Shown: positions 13,419 to 27,600 of the stretch, one piece after another
Layout of the letters: each line of letters opens with the position of its first letter
How positions within the stretch are numbered: the stretch's first letter is position 1
Source: Bugula neritina
Taxonomy: Eukaryota > Animalia > Bryozoa
Reading direction: 5' to 3'
Length of the DNA stretch: 64,000 bases
Assembly: GCA_964035545.1 (NCBI GenBank)
Contig: OZ037766.1
Span: 29,762,640-29,826,639 of the forward strand
The notes under the pieces: model-generated
Seen by the model: only the letters and a program-made list of their open reading frames with translations
The model's database searches: none
Told to the model about the DNA's origin: nothing
Position numbers and translations under genes: made by a program

Positions 13419-15246
13419 ATGAGTGAAAAGGGAGACAGAGTAGCACAAGTGGTTCGATGTCACTCATGGCTGCATGGCTTCACCATCTTTATGTTATGTG
13501 GAAGTTTGATAGCCAATGTTGTTATCCTGAACTACCTGCTTGATAAATCTAACAAGGTGGGTTTTGAATATAACTCTATATGATGATAATTCTTTGAGTG
13601 TAAAATAAACAATCCTATAGAACTTCCCAAGACATCAATAATTTTATCTATAATATTTTATTGAAAAAAATACGTTCTAAAAGTTCTTAGCTGTTTATAA
13701 AAGGAAGGGTTGCAATCACATGAATTGAAGTTTTAGAGCTATATATAAATACGTTTAAAACTTTTCTTACAGTGTGAGTAATCAAGTGTAAGTACATATA
13801 TGTCCCTTTTACTGTATATAAGTAAACACATGTTTCAACTGTGTGCAGTTGTATGTATCGCGTGCATGTAAGTGACTATATAAATATAATAGCTAAGGTT
13901 TTATCAATCATTATATAATTTGCTAATCCTGGTATGTTTTAGAATGAGCAGCAGCTGCAGGGGTTTGTGTCACAGAACAGACAGACAGTAGAGAATGAAC
14001 ACTTTGTAAGTGTGACCTGAAATATTTTAAATAGCTCAATAGTTGAGCTTTTACTCGAGTGTACTTTTTATGCTTTTATGTATATAATTTTATACATTAT
14101 TGATTTCAATGTAATATGACGCTCTTTTTCAATGTATAATTCTAATTATTTCTAAGTAGAAGAATACACGAATGCTTTTTTACCTAGAAGCCTAATTAAA
14201 AACTAAGTTGATCATAAATTTTCATCGTAAAGTTTTGTTTAATTTCTGAAAACTACCCAGAAATTTAAGATTAAAACTTAATAAAAAGCCTAAATATATT
14301 CTTTGCCTTTAATTTCATTTGCATTAGTATAATATAAACGCTGCCGCATTATAAGTTTGAGAATGGTTTTGAAAAACTCGATAACGGCTTGCAGTTTGAA
14401 AAACAACAAAGATTTGTTTTTAGCAAATGTAAAGTTTATTGGTCAACTATTATGTAGCTCTCACCCCTCCCCTCTTTTGTGTTTACCCTTACAGAAGCAC
14501 AAAAATTATTTGAGCTTTCACGCTATGGTTTTGTTTTAAACTGTAAAGTATAACGGATGTATTTAAGATGTAAGAAAACGAATTTCTATAAGTTTTTTCA
14601 CATCTTTCAGAGCAGAGTCAAGAGAAAAGCCCCTCCACCGTGTACATGCCCAGCCGGGCCTCGTGAACCTCCTGGTCCACGCGGACCACATGGCCCACCT
14701 GGACCACAAGGTTCAATCGGACATCCTGGTGCTCAAGGACCTGCAGGTCCAGCTGGACCAGCCGGAACTCCTGTAAGTAAATCAATTATATATAACTATA
14801 TAAGGACTATATGTGCTTACTGCAGTATTCAGTGTTTTCAATACTTACACCTATGTGAATTGTATCAGTAAACTGTTTCCAGTGTTTGGTAGTGGTGAGC
14901 TTTATAAAAGTGTGTCACAAGAATTTTCAAAACAAATGCATTCATCAAAATTTACCTGGTATTATATGCATAGGGCCAACATGGTGCAGCTGGTCCAATG
15001 GGACCGAAAGGAGACAAAGGGGACCAAGGATTTAAGGGAGAGAGCATTATAGGGCCACAGGGCCTGCCTGGGTTACCTGGTGCTCAAGGTTCGCAAGGTG
15101 CTGCAGGAATTCCAGGGCAACAAGGACAAATGGGATCAGCTGGATTGCCTGGTTTAGCTGGCTCAAGAGGTCGCCCAGGCAGAAATGGGAAAAGAGCTCC
15201 AAGAGGAAGAAATTCTTCCAGAAATAGACGAAGGAATGGAAAATAA
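13419..15246 (+). CDS. Collagen gene A copy 2 (211 aa; Gly->Glu in second triplet)
   Basis: Exons 13419-13556, 13943-14005, 14611-14772, 14974-15246; same lengths and phases as copy 1. GAA instead of GGA at 14665-14667; first coding donor is GTGGGT; intron before the furin exon shortened by a deletion. Confidence 0.85.
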
Positions 15247-18189
15247 CTCAACACACTAATTTTGTCTAGTTTCAAGATATATTATATACAGCACATGGCA
15301 GATTATCTTCAAGATAGATTCACATTATGGCAAAATGTTACAAAAACAGTTTATTTACTTTTTTAATTAATATATGCATAATCCCACAGATCTTTGTTAT
15401 CTAATATTCTGTTTTTGAAATATGCTTAGATCACCAAACTATATATACGACTTTAAAAAGTGGTTCTCGTCTATTTTCCTCATTTTCTACATGATTTTAC
15501 TTTGAGATGAATCTAATTTATGCTGTTACTGTGCAAGCAAGTGTTATGATAAGCTGCTATAGTTAGCTTGATATTTTTATATAATGAGTATATATCGCTT
15601 TTTGTTCTTGTGAATTCTAGCTGTACATATTACCTTTAAAAGTCCCTAATCAGCTCTTCTAAGACTATAAGCTAAGCAATAAAATTGTATATTTCAATTG
15701 TCAAAGTTTAAACTCATTCCAAATATCCTTAAATATCAGCCTATATAACTTTTTTGCATTTATAGACTGTTTGTTTCAACTCATAACTGGTGTTGTCTCT
15801 AACAGCTAATATATTATCTCAGACAATACTTATCCTATACTGAGGAGGTGATAAGGCGCAGTTTTATGGAAGTGACCAGGTCAAGTTGCATTTAGACAAA
15901 CTTGACAAACTTTTCAAATATAATTTATGCTGGTGTTTGTATCATTATGCAGCTCAGCGGATTTCTTGTCTTCCAACCTATTCAAGTGTAACATTATTTT
16001 CTCTTGACATTGATATGGTGAGAACTGCCAGGTGCTTTACTGAACCAAATGTTTGAATTAATATTTATCTTGCAAAGTAGGATAGTTGAAGACTTTATTA
16101 CTGAGTTTGTATTCTTTGTTGGTTTAGATCAATCACTATATATTCTGTTGGTTAGAATGTTTTTTTTATTTTTTGTAAATGACTCTGCTTCATTCTATGC
16201 ATGTATTAGATAATTCTAGAGAATTCTGTATATCATTAGCAGTTTCTCATGTATTGATTGGCTGAATTTTTTCTGAACCTCTCAAAGTGTTTCATGTAAC
16301 AAAGTTGTATTCTGTTTCTATAAAATTACATGGTAATACCTTAAATATATCTTAATTGATCCTTAAATTACCGCTGTAGCATTAAACATAGTTGGATGTT
16401 TAAACAGGTTGCACTTATTTTTTATATTCATTGAATGCTGCCCAATGACAAGGTAACTGGGTGCCCTTTATCCTTCTGCGTGTGTTGTGTTTCTGGATAA
16501 TACAATGCTGCCCATGAGAAAGCAATTCCTAAACAAAATTCAGGTGTCAAAATTACCTTCCAGCCTTGCTGCAACTGATACGAACATAGCTTCATTGTAT
16601 CAATCTAATGCACTGACCGCAAGTATTACCAGGATCCATGGCAGGTAGTTTTCTAATCACCAATAGAAATTGGATAGTTCCAAAAATCATTAGTTTGCAG
16701 CAGTTAACACTGGTTCATATTTTAGTAACTGATAAGTAAACCTAATTCTTTCATTCATAAATAGTTATGCATATAATTAAAATAATTAGATGTATTGTAA
16801 AGAATAAACCGTATAATACCTATAAAGACAGAATAATGCCATTAGGCAATATGAAAACTATTTCAATTTGCTACAATAAATATACTACAAACATAGAACA
16901 TATTTTACAGACTTCAAATAAACAACCTTACTCACCTTAGTATTTGTTATAGGTCTCATGTTATATGAAGCTTTTCAAGAAAGAAAAAAAAAGTGTAAAT
17001 AAAGCATTTCATGCAACTTGGAAACAAATTTGAATTCAGTGTAACTGACAAAAATATGCACACGCAGAACTGGTTAAAACAGTGTTTTACAATGGTCACA
17101 GATGCTTACTGTACAGACATTGCTATCTTTTGCTTTCAATTAACATAATATTATGTTAACATCTACTTTTCTAATAAATATTATAAACTTTGTTCAAGTA
17201 GATTTGCCAAATATGAGTTATGTTTCAAAAGAATATATAAATTGTATATTGCATTAACTATATATATAAGCCTATAAATTGTAATTATTAATAGGCCCAA
17301 TAAAAACTTATAACAGGTGAGCCCAGAAAAGTTATGGAAGCTCAGAAAGCTGACAATTTTCTTTATAGCTGTCGTATACAGTTTCTATTGCTCAGCGGAA
17401 ATATATAACTTTCTTAGTACTAGTATTTCATTAAAATAAAAATTTGGTAATCAGGACCGCTTATTGTATATAATATTGGGCATGCATATATATATATTTA
17501 TATTTATATATACTTATATTTATATTTATAATGTATTTATATATACTCATATTTATATTTAGCCAATGGCTATTTTTGGTCTTGACATCATATAGCAGTC
17601 TTCCAATTTCAAATCATTACAACTGCAACTAATCTTAAACTTGAATGCCATTTAGTATTTATAGCCAACTAAACCATAAGAACTTCTGCAGAACTATAAA
17701 CTACCTGTAATGTTAAAGTATGGACAAAACATGTTTTGAACAATTATAGACTAATTACTGCAAAAAACTGCTTTCAATAATAGATCGACATTTTACAAGC
17801 CTGCAGCAAATCTAATAATTGTTATTTTAATATGTAGCGTACTATATTTTGCTTTGTTAAAAATAAATTATCTGATTAAAGCTCGCCTTGCATGTGCATT
17901 GATTTATTGTTATTAACGCATTCGCTTTGGGTTTTAAGTAAGTATACTGTTTCAATTTGGGGTAAAATTAAACAAGTTAGAAACGCTAACACACTGCTCT
18001 CAGACATGAATTGTCATTATCATGTTATGTAGTAATAGTAATTTTATGTGTTTGTACCTATATAAAATGTACACCTATTATTAAAAGACTATAAATAGTA
18101 TTTAATAAAATGTTATTCAAACTAGATGTGAAATTAATAACACCAGGTGGAACCTAGTAATCAAATCATATAAAAACAATAAAATATTG

Positions 18190-21100
18190 TAAATTATTAC
18201 ATACAATTATTTACTATAGATGTGTTCTTAAAAAACAAATTAGAAAATTTAATATAAATACAAAAATATAGAATTACTTAACAAGGATAGAACTTACTAA
18301 AGGGTTATAACTTATTGTTTGAAGATATCAGTTAAAGGTGTGTATTTGAATTGTAAATACGGCGTGATGAAGTACCTCTATATCACATGACATAATTCAA
18401 AACCACAAACAGCCATGGATCCTCTCAGCTTGTTCTTAGCTATCAGCTAGCAAACCCCTGTTTACGTGATTCTGATCATTCACGTATGCACTTACTAAAA
18501 AGTAGAACATTTAATTGTATGAATAAAAATTAAATACTGATAATTATTAAGTTCTCATGCACACAAAAAGTTATTTTCCATCTCTATAACTCAATGCACA
18601 TGACTTACCATCTAGTTACGTGTAATCTGCGTGAGCAGCTTTAGGCTTATTTACTGATTAAACCTGTTTTTATTATGACATTTAGCAACCAGCAAAAGGC
18701 AAGCAAAATATTCCTGTAGGCGGTAAAATTATTTTACAGCTTAATACTTATTTTACATCATTATCCTCCTATTAACTCAACAGATCCTTTTTTATTAAGA
18801 TATTTATGCAATAACACCAGGTGAAATATCATTCCTCCTAGATTATACTAATTTTAAGGCCCATAAAACTGACTGCAATACATTGTGTTGAAATAATTCT
18901 TACAATTTTGAAATGCACATCATGATCATGTTTTTGAGGACATTGGTACTAATTGCTGAAAGGTTCGGAATTGGTCTACAGACCCAATAAGAATTGAGAA
19001 AGCATTTTATAGCTGATATATACTGCTATGTTAGTTTTTCATCCCGTTACCTGTGATGCCCTAATTTTATATTATGTGTTTTATTCAAAATAATATTTTT
19101 TATTAGCATATTATGCTTTCAAACATTAAATAAACTATATGAGACAAAAAAATACGTTTTTCATCTGAGAAGATTGAAATTAGTTATTCGGATCTTCTGA
19201 TCAAGATGATTGTTTTTGTGATTTATATAGTGGATCTATTTGTACTGTTTGCACATAATTTGCATTTTTATAACTTCTTTCAGCCCATATTGTTAAAAAC
19301 TGCCTGTTTATATGATATATGCAAGTAATTTGGTCAAATTTAACAAAACTAGCATGAACTCTAATTTATACAAGCAATTTAAATTTTACTATTATGACGA
19401 CAACTACTGTTTTTAAAACTGTGCAATAAATATTTTAATAGTTTATATGAGCTATATAAAATGGTAAATGACAATGAATTAGGCAAAACTCATTATAACT
19501 GCTTTAACTGAGGAAAACTATCATAGTCAGTTGCATTGATAGATTGAATACAGCGGTGAAAAAAAGTCTATAAAAATTATTATCGTACGTGTCCTCATGC
19601 TTGATATTAACAAATTTCAAATTTAAAACTTCTAAAATTTAGCTTGCTCAATTAAATATTTTAATCTGAGCCTTTTTTCAAAATAAAATATAAAAGTTTC
19701 CTGCTTTCAATTTAAAAATAAAACGGGTTTTTAATTTTAGTGAAACAGCAACTTTTAGCAGTTCAGAAACGCTACTATATAAATATTTCTGTATTTTGCA
19801 GTAAAGGCTAGTTATATGATAATTAAAAATATTACATAAAAAAACAGCCAAATTTATTTAAACATCAACATTTTTAAGCAGAACTAATAAGCCAATTTAA
19901 ATGGATTCTTTAGCTTTTAACTTTACTTTGCTCAAATAAGTTTAAAATTAGGCTATATAAACAAATGTTAAATTCTTAATGCATAAAATATTTTTAAAAA
20001 TTTTAAAAGGAAAGCAAAAAAATAACTTCTTTAATGTGCTTATTTGAGCAGAACATAGATTAAAAACAATGTCTGTAGACATGTAGCTATAAATAGTGTT
20101 TCTCAGTTTGTGAAGTCATTTTGATCTTTGAGTCTTATATTATACTTATATTAAATACAACTATATTGCTTTAGATGTTCTTGTAGAAATTTGGGCAAAC
20201 GAATATATAGTAAAAGAAAATACTTGCTTATCAGCAAATCAGAAATTACAACAACTACATAAAAGACTGCTGTAACTGAACATACTATTTCGAAACATCA
20301 TTCAGCAGAAAACAATGATGCAATTGTTACTATAGTAACTGACTAACAGTAAACATTTCATAAGTGGGTGAAGAGCTCTGTGGGTGTTTAAGTGGATTTT
20401 GAGTAAGATTAATTTTATGGGAAAATGGTCTTATATACTTGAAGAAATGCTCACATTACTTTTTTTGGTTTATTAGGTAGGTAATTATTCTGGTTGTGAA
20501 ACTATTGTCTGTGAGTTATTATACATCTTGTGAAAATGCAATAAGACGTTAAAAAGGTTGGAATATCAGTCAAATTTGTTATTATTATTATAATAATTCT
20601 GAAGGATATGTCTTTAAATCAGAATTTGATGCTTTAAACAAAAGTATATTTGTATTTAACAATGATTCATCAAGTAAGCTGAGGACATTAACTATAAGAC
20701 ATCCTTAAGATTGATAGACATAGGTTACAGGATAATCCTAGTAATTATAAATTATTATAGATACAATTACTTACTATTAATGTGTTCCTAAAAACATATT
20801 AGAAAAATTTACTATAAATAAACAAAATACATGTTGAATTACTTAGGGAAGATCTGACTTACTAAAGGGTATTCTTAGTGTTTGAAGATATCAGTTGCAT
20901 GATGTGTATTTGAAAATATTGTTAATGGTAATAAAACACCTCTATAACAATATCATTATACATAATTTAAAGACACACTCAGCAACTCTCACAGCTTGTT
21001 CTTAGCAAACCCTTATTTACAACAACTTGAAAATAGATCACATATTGCACTCACCCAAAAAGTAGGACATTTAATCATATATGAATAAAAATTAAATACT

Positions 21101-23483
21101 GTTAATTATTGAGGTTTCGTGTACTGGAAAAGATTATTTTCGATCTTTATATAACCGGATGCATGTAATATATACCAGTTGCAGGTATTATAAGCAGCTT
21201 CAGGCTTATTTACTGCAGGATTAAACCTGTTTCTATTATGACATTTAGCAACCGGTAGAAGACTAGCAAACATATTTTGTAGGCGGTAAAATGTTCAACT
21301 TAATACTCATTTTACATCATTATCGCCTTAATTTATCAATCCAATATGTCACTCTTTATTAAGATTTCTATGCATCAAATAATACTTTGCATAATACCAT
21401 TCCTTTTAGATTATGCTAATTGTGAGGCCCATAAAACTGGCTGTAACGCATGGTGTTGAAATAATCCTTATAACGTTAAAAAACACACCACGATAATATT
21501 TTTGAGGACATTTGTACCAAGCTGAAAAATGTTGAATTGGTCTACAAACCCAATAACAATTGACAAAAGATTTTATACTAGAGTTTGTATGTATGGACAA
21601 GCATTAATTGTCTTAAAAACATTTATCCTGCTTTCTAGCTGATATATACTACTGCCAGTTTACCTTTCCACCGCAATACCTCTATTGCCTCAGTCTTATA
21701 CTAATTATCTCTACTGCCTCAGTCTTGTATTAAATATCGTAATCAAAATATTGTTGATTGGTTTAGTATACTTACAATCATAAAAACCTATGAAACTACA
21801 AATATATTTGTCATAGTATTATGTGTAAAGTTCAATGGCATATCTTTATGATCGCTGCAAACACATCTTCAAGACTAACAAATATATACGAGAGCTTTAT
21901 AAATACTCAAATGCTATTACACATTGACCTACTGATTGCTTGCAAAACCACACAAGATAAAGGCTATTTATGACAAAAAAGAAAACAACACAATTATAGT
22001 ATTTACAAACAGCTTAGGTACATGACTGCATGATGTAATGTCATGGGCATTACAATATTTCTTTATCTGAAGAGCTGTTAGCATATTTTAACCAAGAATT
22101 TTTAGCAATGTATATGTTTTTTCAGTTTAATTAAACTTCACATTATAATCCAAAATTTGTTTTAGCTTATTGTAGAGACTCGGATGTTTTTATCATGCGA
22201 ATCATCAGGTCCCAATTTTTTCAAAAAAATATAGTCATTCACACTATAGATAGATTGCATAAAGCGGTAAAATAAAGCCTGTGAATGAAATTGATATCAA
22301 ATATCACTAAATGTTAGGCACAAAGCTTTTTGATAGCATAATTTCGTAGTTGGCAAGTTAAAAATTTATTGCTTCTACAGTTTAGCTTACTTAGTCAAAT
22401 AGATTAATCTGATCCTTCTTTTTAAAATGAAAATAAAATTTTCCAACGGTAAATTTAAATAGAATTGGTCTTTAATTTCAGTGAAAAACGCTTTGTTTCC
22501 TTTTAAGCTAACAGATATCCTTAATATTTTACAAGTACTACAAGTACTACATTCTGCTGCCACAGAACCAAGTCTTAGAATGACTCAAATCTAAGGAATG
22601 AAAAACATTGATTGCATGCAAACATAAGAAATTTTAAGCAAAACTAGTTGAATGGGGCTATGATTAAAATATATCTCTTAGTTTTCATCCTAATGCTTTT
22701 CAAAGAACTTTATTGTGATACAAAACTATAACATTATTTGTTGAAATTAAATACCAATTTTTCAAAATTTGAACAAAAGATTATGACTAGCGGTTTTCCT
22801 GCATGTTTTAAGCAGAATTTAAACATTAAATTACCTAATTTCATAATTATGTTGATCTACGAGTTTTATGTTATAATTATATTAACAATACAATTATCTT
22901 GTTTAAGGTTTTTTTATAAAAACATTGGTAAATAAACATATATACAGTAGATGAAAATCTTTTCCTATATTCGCAATATGCTTACTTTGCAGCAACTATA
23001 ATAATCCTCGATAACTGCAGCATAACATACTATTTTAAGAAGTTATTCAGTGTAAAAACAATGATGTAATTGTTGCCATAGTAACTAACAAACAGTAAAC
23101 ATTTCCAGAATGGGTGGAGAGCTGTGTGGGAGTTTAAGTAGGGTTTGAGTAAGATCAATTTTATGATAAATTGGCTTAATGCTTTAAGAAATGCTCACAT
23201 TTTTTATCTTGGTTTATTGCGTAATTACTTTGGTTGAAAAAACAGTGTTTTTGAGTTACTAGGCTATAATATTGTAAAAAGAAAGCGATAAGACTAGTAA
23301 AATTGTTGGCGCTTGAAAAATCAACATTATTATTAAAATAACTAGGGTGGATATTGTGTCTTCAAGTCAAAAATACACGGTTTTAAGCAAACATGTATTT
23401 GTATTCCGGGCCAATGATTCATTGAGTAGGCTGAGAGCATATTAACCACGGAATCCTTGATTTATAGACATGACTTACAGGAT
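18190..23483 (+). repeat. Older internal tandem duplication of the gene A upstream region (~2.5 kb + ~2.7 kb); also ~8410-12808, ~27950-33232 and partially 1-2773
   Basis: Same landmarks occur twice per unit (tgtttgaagatatcagtt, cagcttgttcttagc, ggcttatttactg, gtaggcggtaaa, ggcccataaaactg, X-box, caatgattca..acaggata). The first copy breaks off at acaggata (~174, ~10184, ~20734, ~30481). Confidence 0.85.
23072..23118 (+). promoter_or_regulatory. RFX X-box + Forkhead + GT-box composite upstream of gene A copy 3 (also 12406-12453, 20326-20355, 30073-30102, 32821-32868)
   Basis: GTTGCC-AT-AGTAAC fits the RFX consensus GTNRCC-N0-3-RGYAAC; GTAAACA 9 nt later; GGGTGGAG follows. Motif match only. 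Confidence 0.55.
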
Positions 23484-24093
23484 AAGCTGACAAGTGATAC
23501 TGCAACAGTTTTAACCAGAGAATATTTGAAACTGACCAACAAGCATAATGAAGATGACAAAATATAACAATAAAACTAAATTTAATCCAAAACATTAATT
23601 TTAGATCTGTGGCCGCAATTTCATATATAAGTAAGAGCTCATGCTAGAGATAGTCAGCTGAGGTTACGAGTTAGAGGTGGTATTTGAGAAAAACCTAAAG
23701 CCGTAGGAACACACTATCATAAACAAAAGTAAGTTTTATTTTATTTCAACTTTTAACTTTTATTAGAAGAAATACATTTAATAATAATATTTTGATAACT
23801 TGAACAACTTGAATAGATTTTATGATTATATATATTAAAAAAGATCATTTTTAAAATGTGTGTCAAGACTTTATCATGAAGATTAGTTTGCGAGTCTGAT
23901 GAACTAAAAAAAGCTAACTGAAAGTTTTTGCTGCTAACTGGCAATATCAAAGTTTTAGTTCAACGTGTAATAATAATCATAGCAAAGTGATGTAAATATA
24001 TTGGTCATAGATAAATCGTTGCTTGGTTTTAACATTGGTTTACCTTGTCAATGTTTTTTTTACACCTTCTTATAACTTTCTTATAGTAAAAGA

Positions 24094-26219
24094 ATGAGTG
24101 AAAAGGGAGACAGAGTAGCACAAGTGGTTCAATGTCATTCATGGTTGCATGGCTTCACCATCTTTATGTTATGTGGAAGTTTGATAGCCAATGCTGTTAT
24201 CCTGAACTTCCTGCTTGATAAATCTAACAAAGTAAGTTTTGAGTATAACTCTATATATGATGATAATTCTTTGAGTGTAAAATAAACAATCCTATAGAAC
24301 TTCCCAAAACATCAATAATTTTATCTATAATATTTTATTGAAAAAAATATGTCCTACAAGTTCTTAGCTATTTATAAAAGGAAGGGCTGCAATTACATGA
24401 ATTGAATTTTTAAAGCTATATATAAATACGTTTAAAACTTTTTCTTACAGTGTGAGTAATCAAGTGTAAGTACGTGTATGTCTCTTTTACTGTATATATA
24501 AGTAAACACATGTTTCAATTGTGTGCAGTTGTATGTATCAAGTGCATGTAAGTGACTATATAAATATAATAGCTAAGCTTTTATCAACCGTCCTATTATT
24601 TGCTATTCCTGGTATGTTTTAGAATGAGCAGCAGCTACAGGGGTTTGTGTCACAGAACAGACAGACAGTAGAGAATGAACACTTTGTAAGTGTGACCTGA
24701 AATATTTTAAATAGCTCAATTGTTGAGCTTTTACTTGAGTGTACTTCTTATGCTTTTATGTATATAATTGTATACATTATTGATTTCAAAGTAATATGGC
24801 GGTCTCTTTCAATGTATATTTTTAATTATTTCTGAGTAAAAAAACACACAATTGCTTTTTTACTTATAAGCCTAATTAAAAACTAAGTTGATCATAAATT
24901 TTCATTGTAAAGTTTAGTATAACTTTAGTTTAGGCTTGCATTCTAAGCAAATCGATGCTAATTTTAAAAGAGAATTGGAGAGATATAATTACTTAAGCCA
25001 CAAAAATAACTACATGGCGGTATACTAATTTTTATTGTTCAATTTACAAGTTAATCATTCATGTATTCTGAATTTTTTTCCACTCGTATTAGGCTGACAA
25101 GGAAGCAGGTCGTTGTATTTAAAGTGGGTAAAAAAACAAACCCTTACGGTAAATGAAGCTACAACAAGCAAGTTCTGAATCTAGTTTATTGCTTAAAATT
25201 TAATTTCTGAAAACTATCCAAAGTTTTAAGATGAAAACTTAATAAAAAGCCTAAATATATTCTTTGCCTTTAATTTCATTTGCATTAGTACACTGTAAGC
25301 ACTGCCATTATAAGTTTGAGAATGTTTTTGAAAAATTTGATAACAGCTTGCAGTACGTTTCAAGCAGCTAGCGTTTAAAAAAAACAAAGATTTGTTTTTA
25401 GCAAATGTAAAGTTTATTGGTCAACTATTATGTAGCTCTCACCTCTCCCCTCTCTTGTGTTTATCATTACAGAAACACAAAAATTGGTTGAGCTTTATCG
25501 CTATGGTTTTGTTTTAAACTGTAAAGTATAAAGCATGTATTTAAGATAAAAAAACGAATTTCTATAAGTTTTTTCACAACTTGTAGAGCAGAGTCAAGAG
25601 AAAAGGCCCTCCACCGTGTACATGCCCAGCCGGGCCTCGTGGACCTCCTGGCCCACGCGGACCACATGGCCCACCTGGACCACAAGGTTCAATTGGACAT
25701 CCTGGTGCTCAAGGACCGGCAGGTCCAGCTGGACCAGCCGGAACTCCTGTAAGTAAATCAATTATATATATCTATAGGGCTTTATGTGCTTACTGCAGTA
25801 TTCAGTGTTTCCAATACTTACACCTTTGTGAATTCTATTAGTAAACTGTTTCCAATGTTTGGTAGTGGTGAACTTTATAATAGTGTGTCACAAGAATTTT
25901 CAAAACAAATGCATTCCTCAAAATTTACCTGGTAATATATTCATAGGGCCAACATGGTGCAGTTGGTCCAATGGGACCGAAAGGAGACAAAGGGGACCAA
26001 GGATTTAAGGGAGAGAGCATTATAGGGCCACAGGGTCTGCCTGGGTTACCTGGTGCTCAAGGTGCGCAAGGTGCTGCAGGAATTCCAGGGCAACAAGGAC
26101 AAATGGGATCAGCTGGATTGCCTGGTTTAGCTGGCTTAAGAGGTCGCCCTGGTAGAAATGGGAAAAGAGCTCCAAGAGGGAGAAATTCTTCCAGAAATAG
26201 ACGAAGGAATGGAAAATAA
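24094..26219 (+). CDS. Collagen gene A copy 3 (211 aa)
   Basis: Exons 24094-24231, 24623-24685, 25587-25748, 25947-26219; canonical splice sites, open frame. Confidence 0.88.
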
Positions 26220-26802
26220 CACAACACACTAATTTTGTCTAGTTTCAAGATATATTATATACAGCACATATTGGCAGATTATCTTCAAGATAGATTCACA
26301 TTATGGCAAAGTGTTACAAAAACACTTTTACTTTTTTCAGTTAATCTTTGTTTTTTATTATTCTGTTTTGGAAATATGCTTAGATCATCAAACTAAAAGT
26401 ATTCCCATTTATTTCCCTTGTTTTCTAGATGCCTCTACTTTGAGATGAATCTAATTTATGTTGTTACTGTGCAAGCAAGTGTTATGATAACCTGCTATAG
26501 TTAGCTTGATATTTTTATATGAGTATATTGCTTTTTGTTCTTGTGAATTCTAGCTGTACATATATATTATCATTAAAGCACTTCTAGGACTATAAGCTAA
26601 ATAATAAAATTGTATATTTTAATCTTCAAAATTTAAACTCATTCTAAATATTCTAAAATATCGCATATATAGTCTACTTTTTTCAACTCATGACTGATGA
26701 TGACCCTAACAGCTAATATATTATCTCAGACAATACCTATCTTATACTGAGGAGGTGATAAGACGCAGTTTTATGGAAGTGACCAGGCCAAGTTGCATTT
26801 AG

Positions 26803-27600
26803 CTATTTTTTGCTTGTAGTCGGCAGAATATTCTAGATTATCTGTTGTTTAATCTCTGATGTGACGTCATGTAGCTGCAGGTATTATCATTATACCTGTC
26901 TATTTTCAAAGAGAATGTACAGTCTTTATCTTTGAGCTTAGTGCGGATTATCATAGATGGTAATTTTCTGTTAACACAAAGCTTAAAAAAAACACATATA
27001 CTTTACAAATGGCAACCAATAAAAAATTAACATATAGAAATCTCTCTTACGGCATTTGTTTAGGAAATCAAAAAGCATGTTAAGTGGAAGTATGCAAAGT
27101 ATATATAAGAATATATAAAGTGAAATTTCTCTATTAGTTAGCTAACAAGTTTTAGTGATTTACCATGCTGAGTAAAAATGATATAGGATTTGTGCTATTA
27201 CCATAAGTTACAATTTTTCAAAATTAGCTTAATTGTTTTGGTCATCACAGTATGTATTGTCCAACAAACAATACTTTTGCAAAAAATAATGTTCAAATCT
27301 TTCATATGCGACTAAATTAGTTGTATAGGACTGTTGAAATATTTCATTTATCTCAAAAAAATATATAAAATCTCAAATTATCTCAGGCCTCCATGACCAC
27401 CAGGGCCTCCAGGACCTCCAGGACCTCCTGGTCTGCCAGGCTTGCTTTGTTCCAAAGGAAACACGGGTGATATAGGTGTACCTGGATCATTAGGTCAGAT
27501 AGGTTTCAGGGGTTCACCAGGTAGGGCTGGAAGAAATGGGAAACATGGTAGAGATAGAAAAAGCGCTAAAACTCTAAAGAAAGTTAAGAGAAAAAACATT
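26803..27600 (+). pseudogene. Collagen pseudogene: gene-B-type promoter/first exon joined to a decayed terminal collagen exon
   Basis: 26803-27370 aligns by eye with 36575-37150 (gene B upstream). The donor ATG|GTGAGT is ATG|CTGAGT here (~27165-27173). 27385-27600 reads [68 protein letters not shown] with TGA at a Gly position (27394-27396). TM and furin exons are absent. Confidence 0.8.

Larger units (their letters stand above)
19230..26575 (+). repeat. Near-identical segment Y, copy 1 (partner ~28986-36320)
   Basis: Matches at offset ~9750 over ~7.3 kb with very few differences; includes genes A3/A4. Confidence 0.9.

Noticed and set aside
24094-24285. Stand-alone small membrane-protein ORFs (also 33844-34035, 37264-37491, 61098-61400)
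   Set aside because: First coding exons reading through a consensus donor into intron; they belong to the spliced collagen genes.
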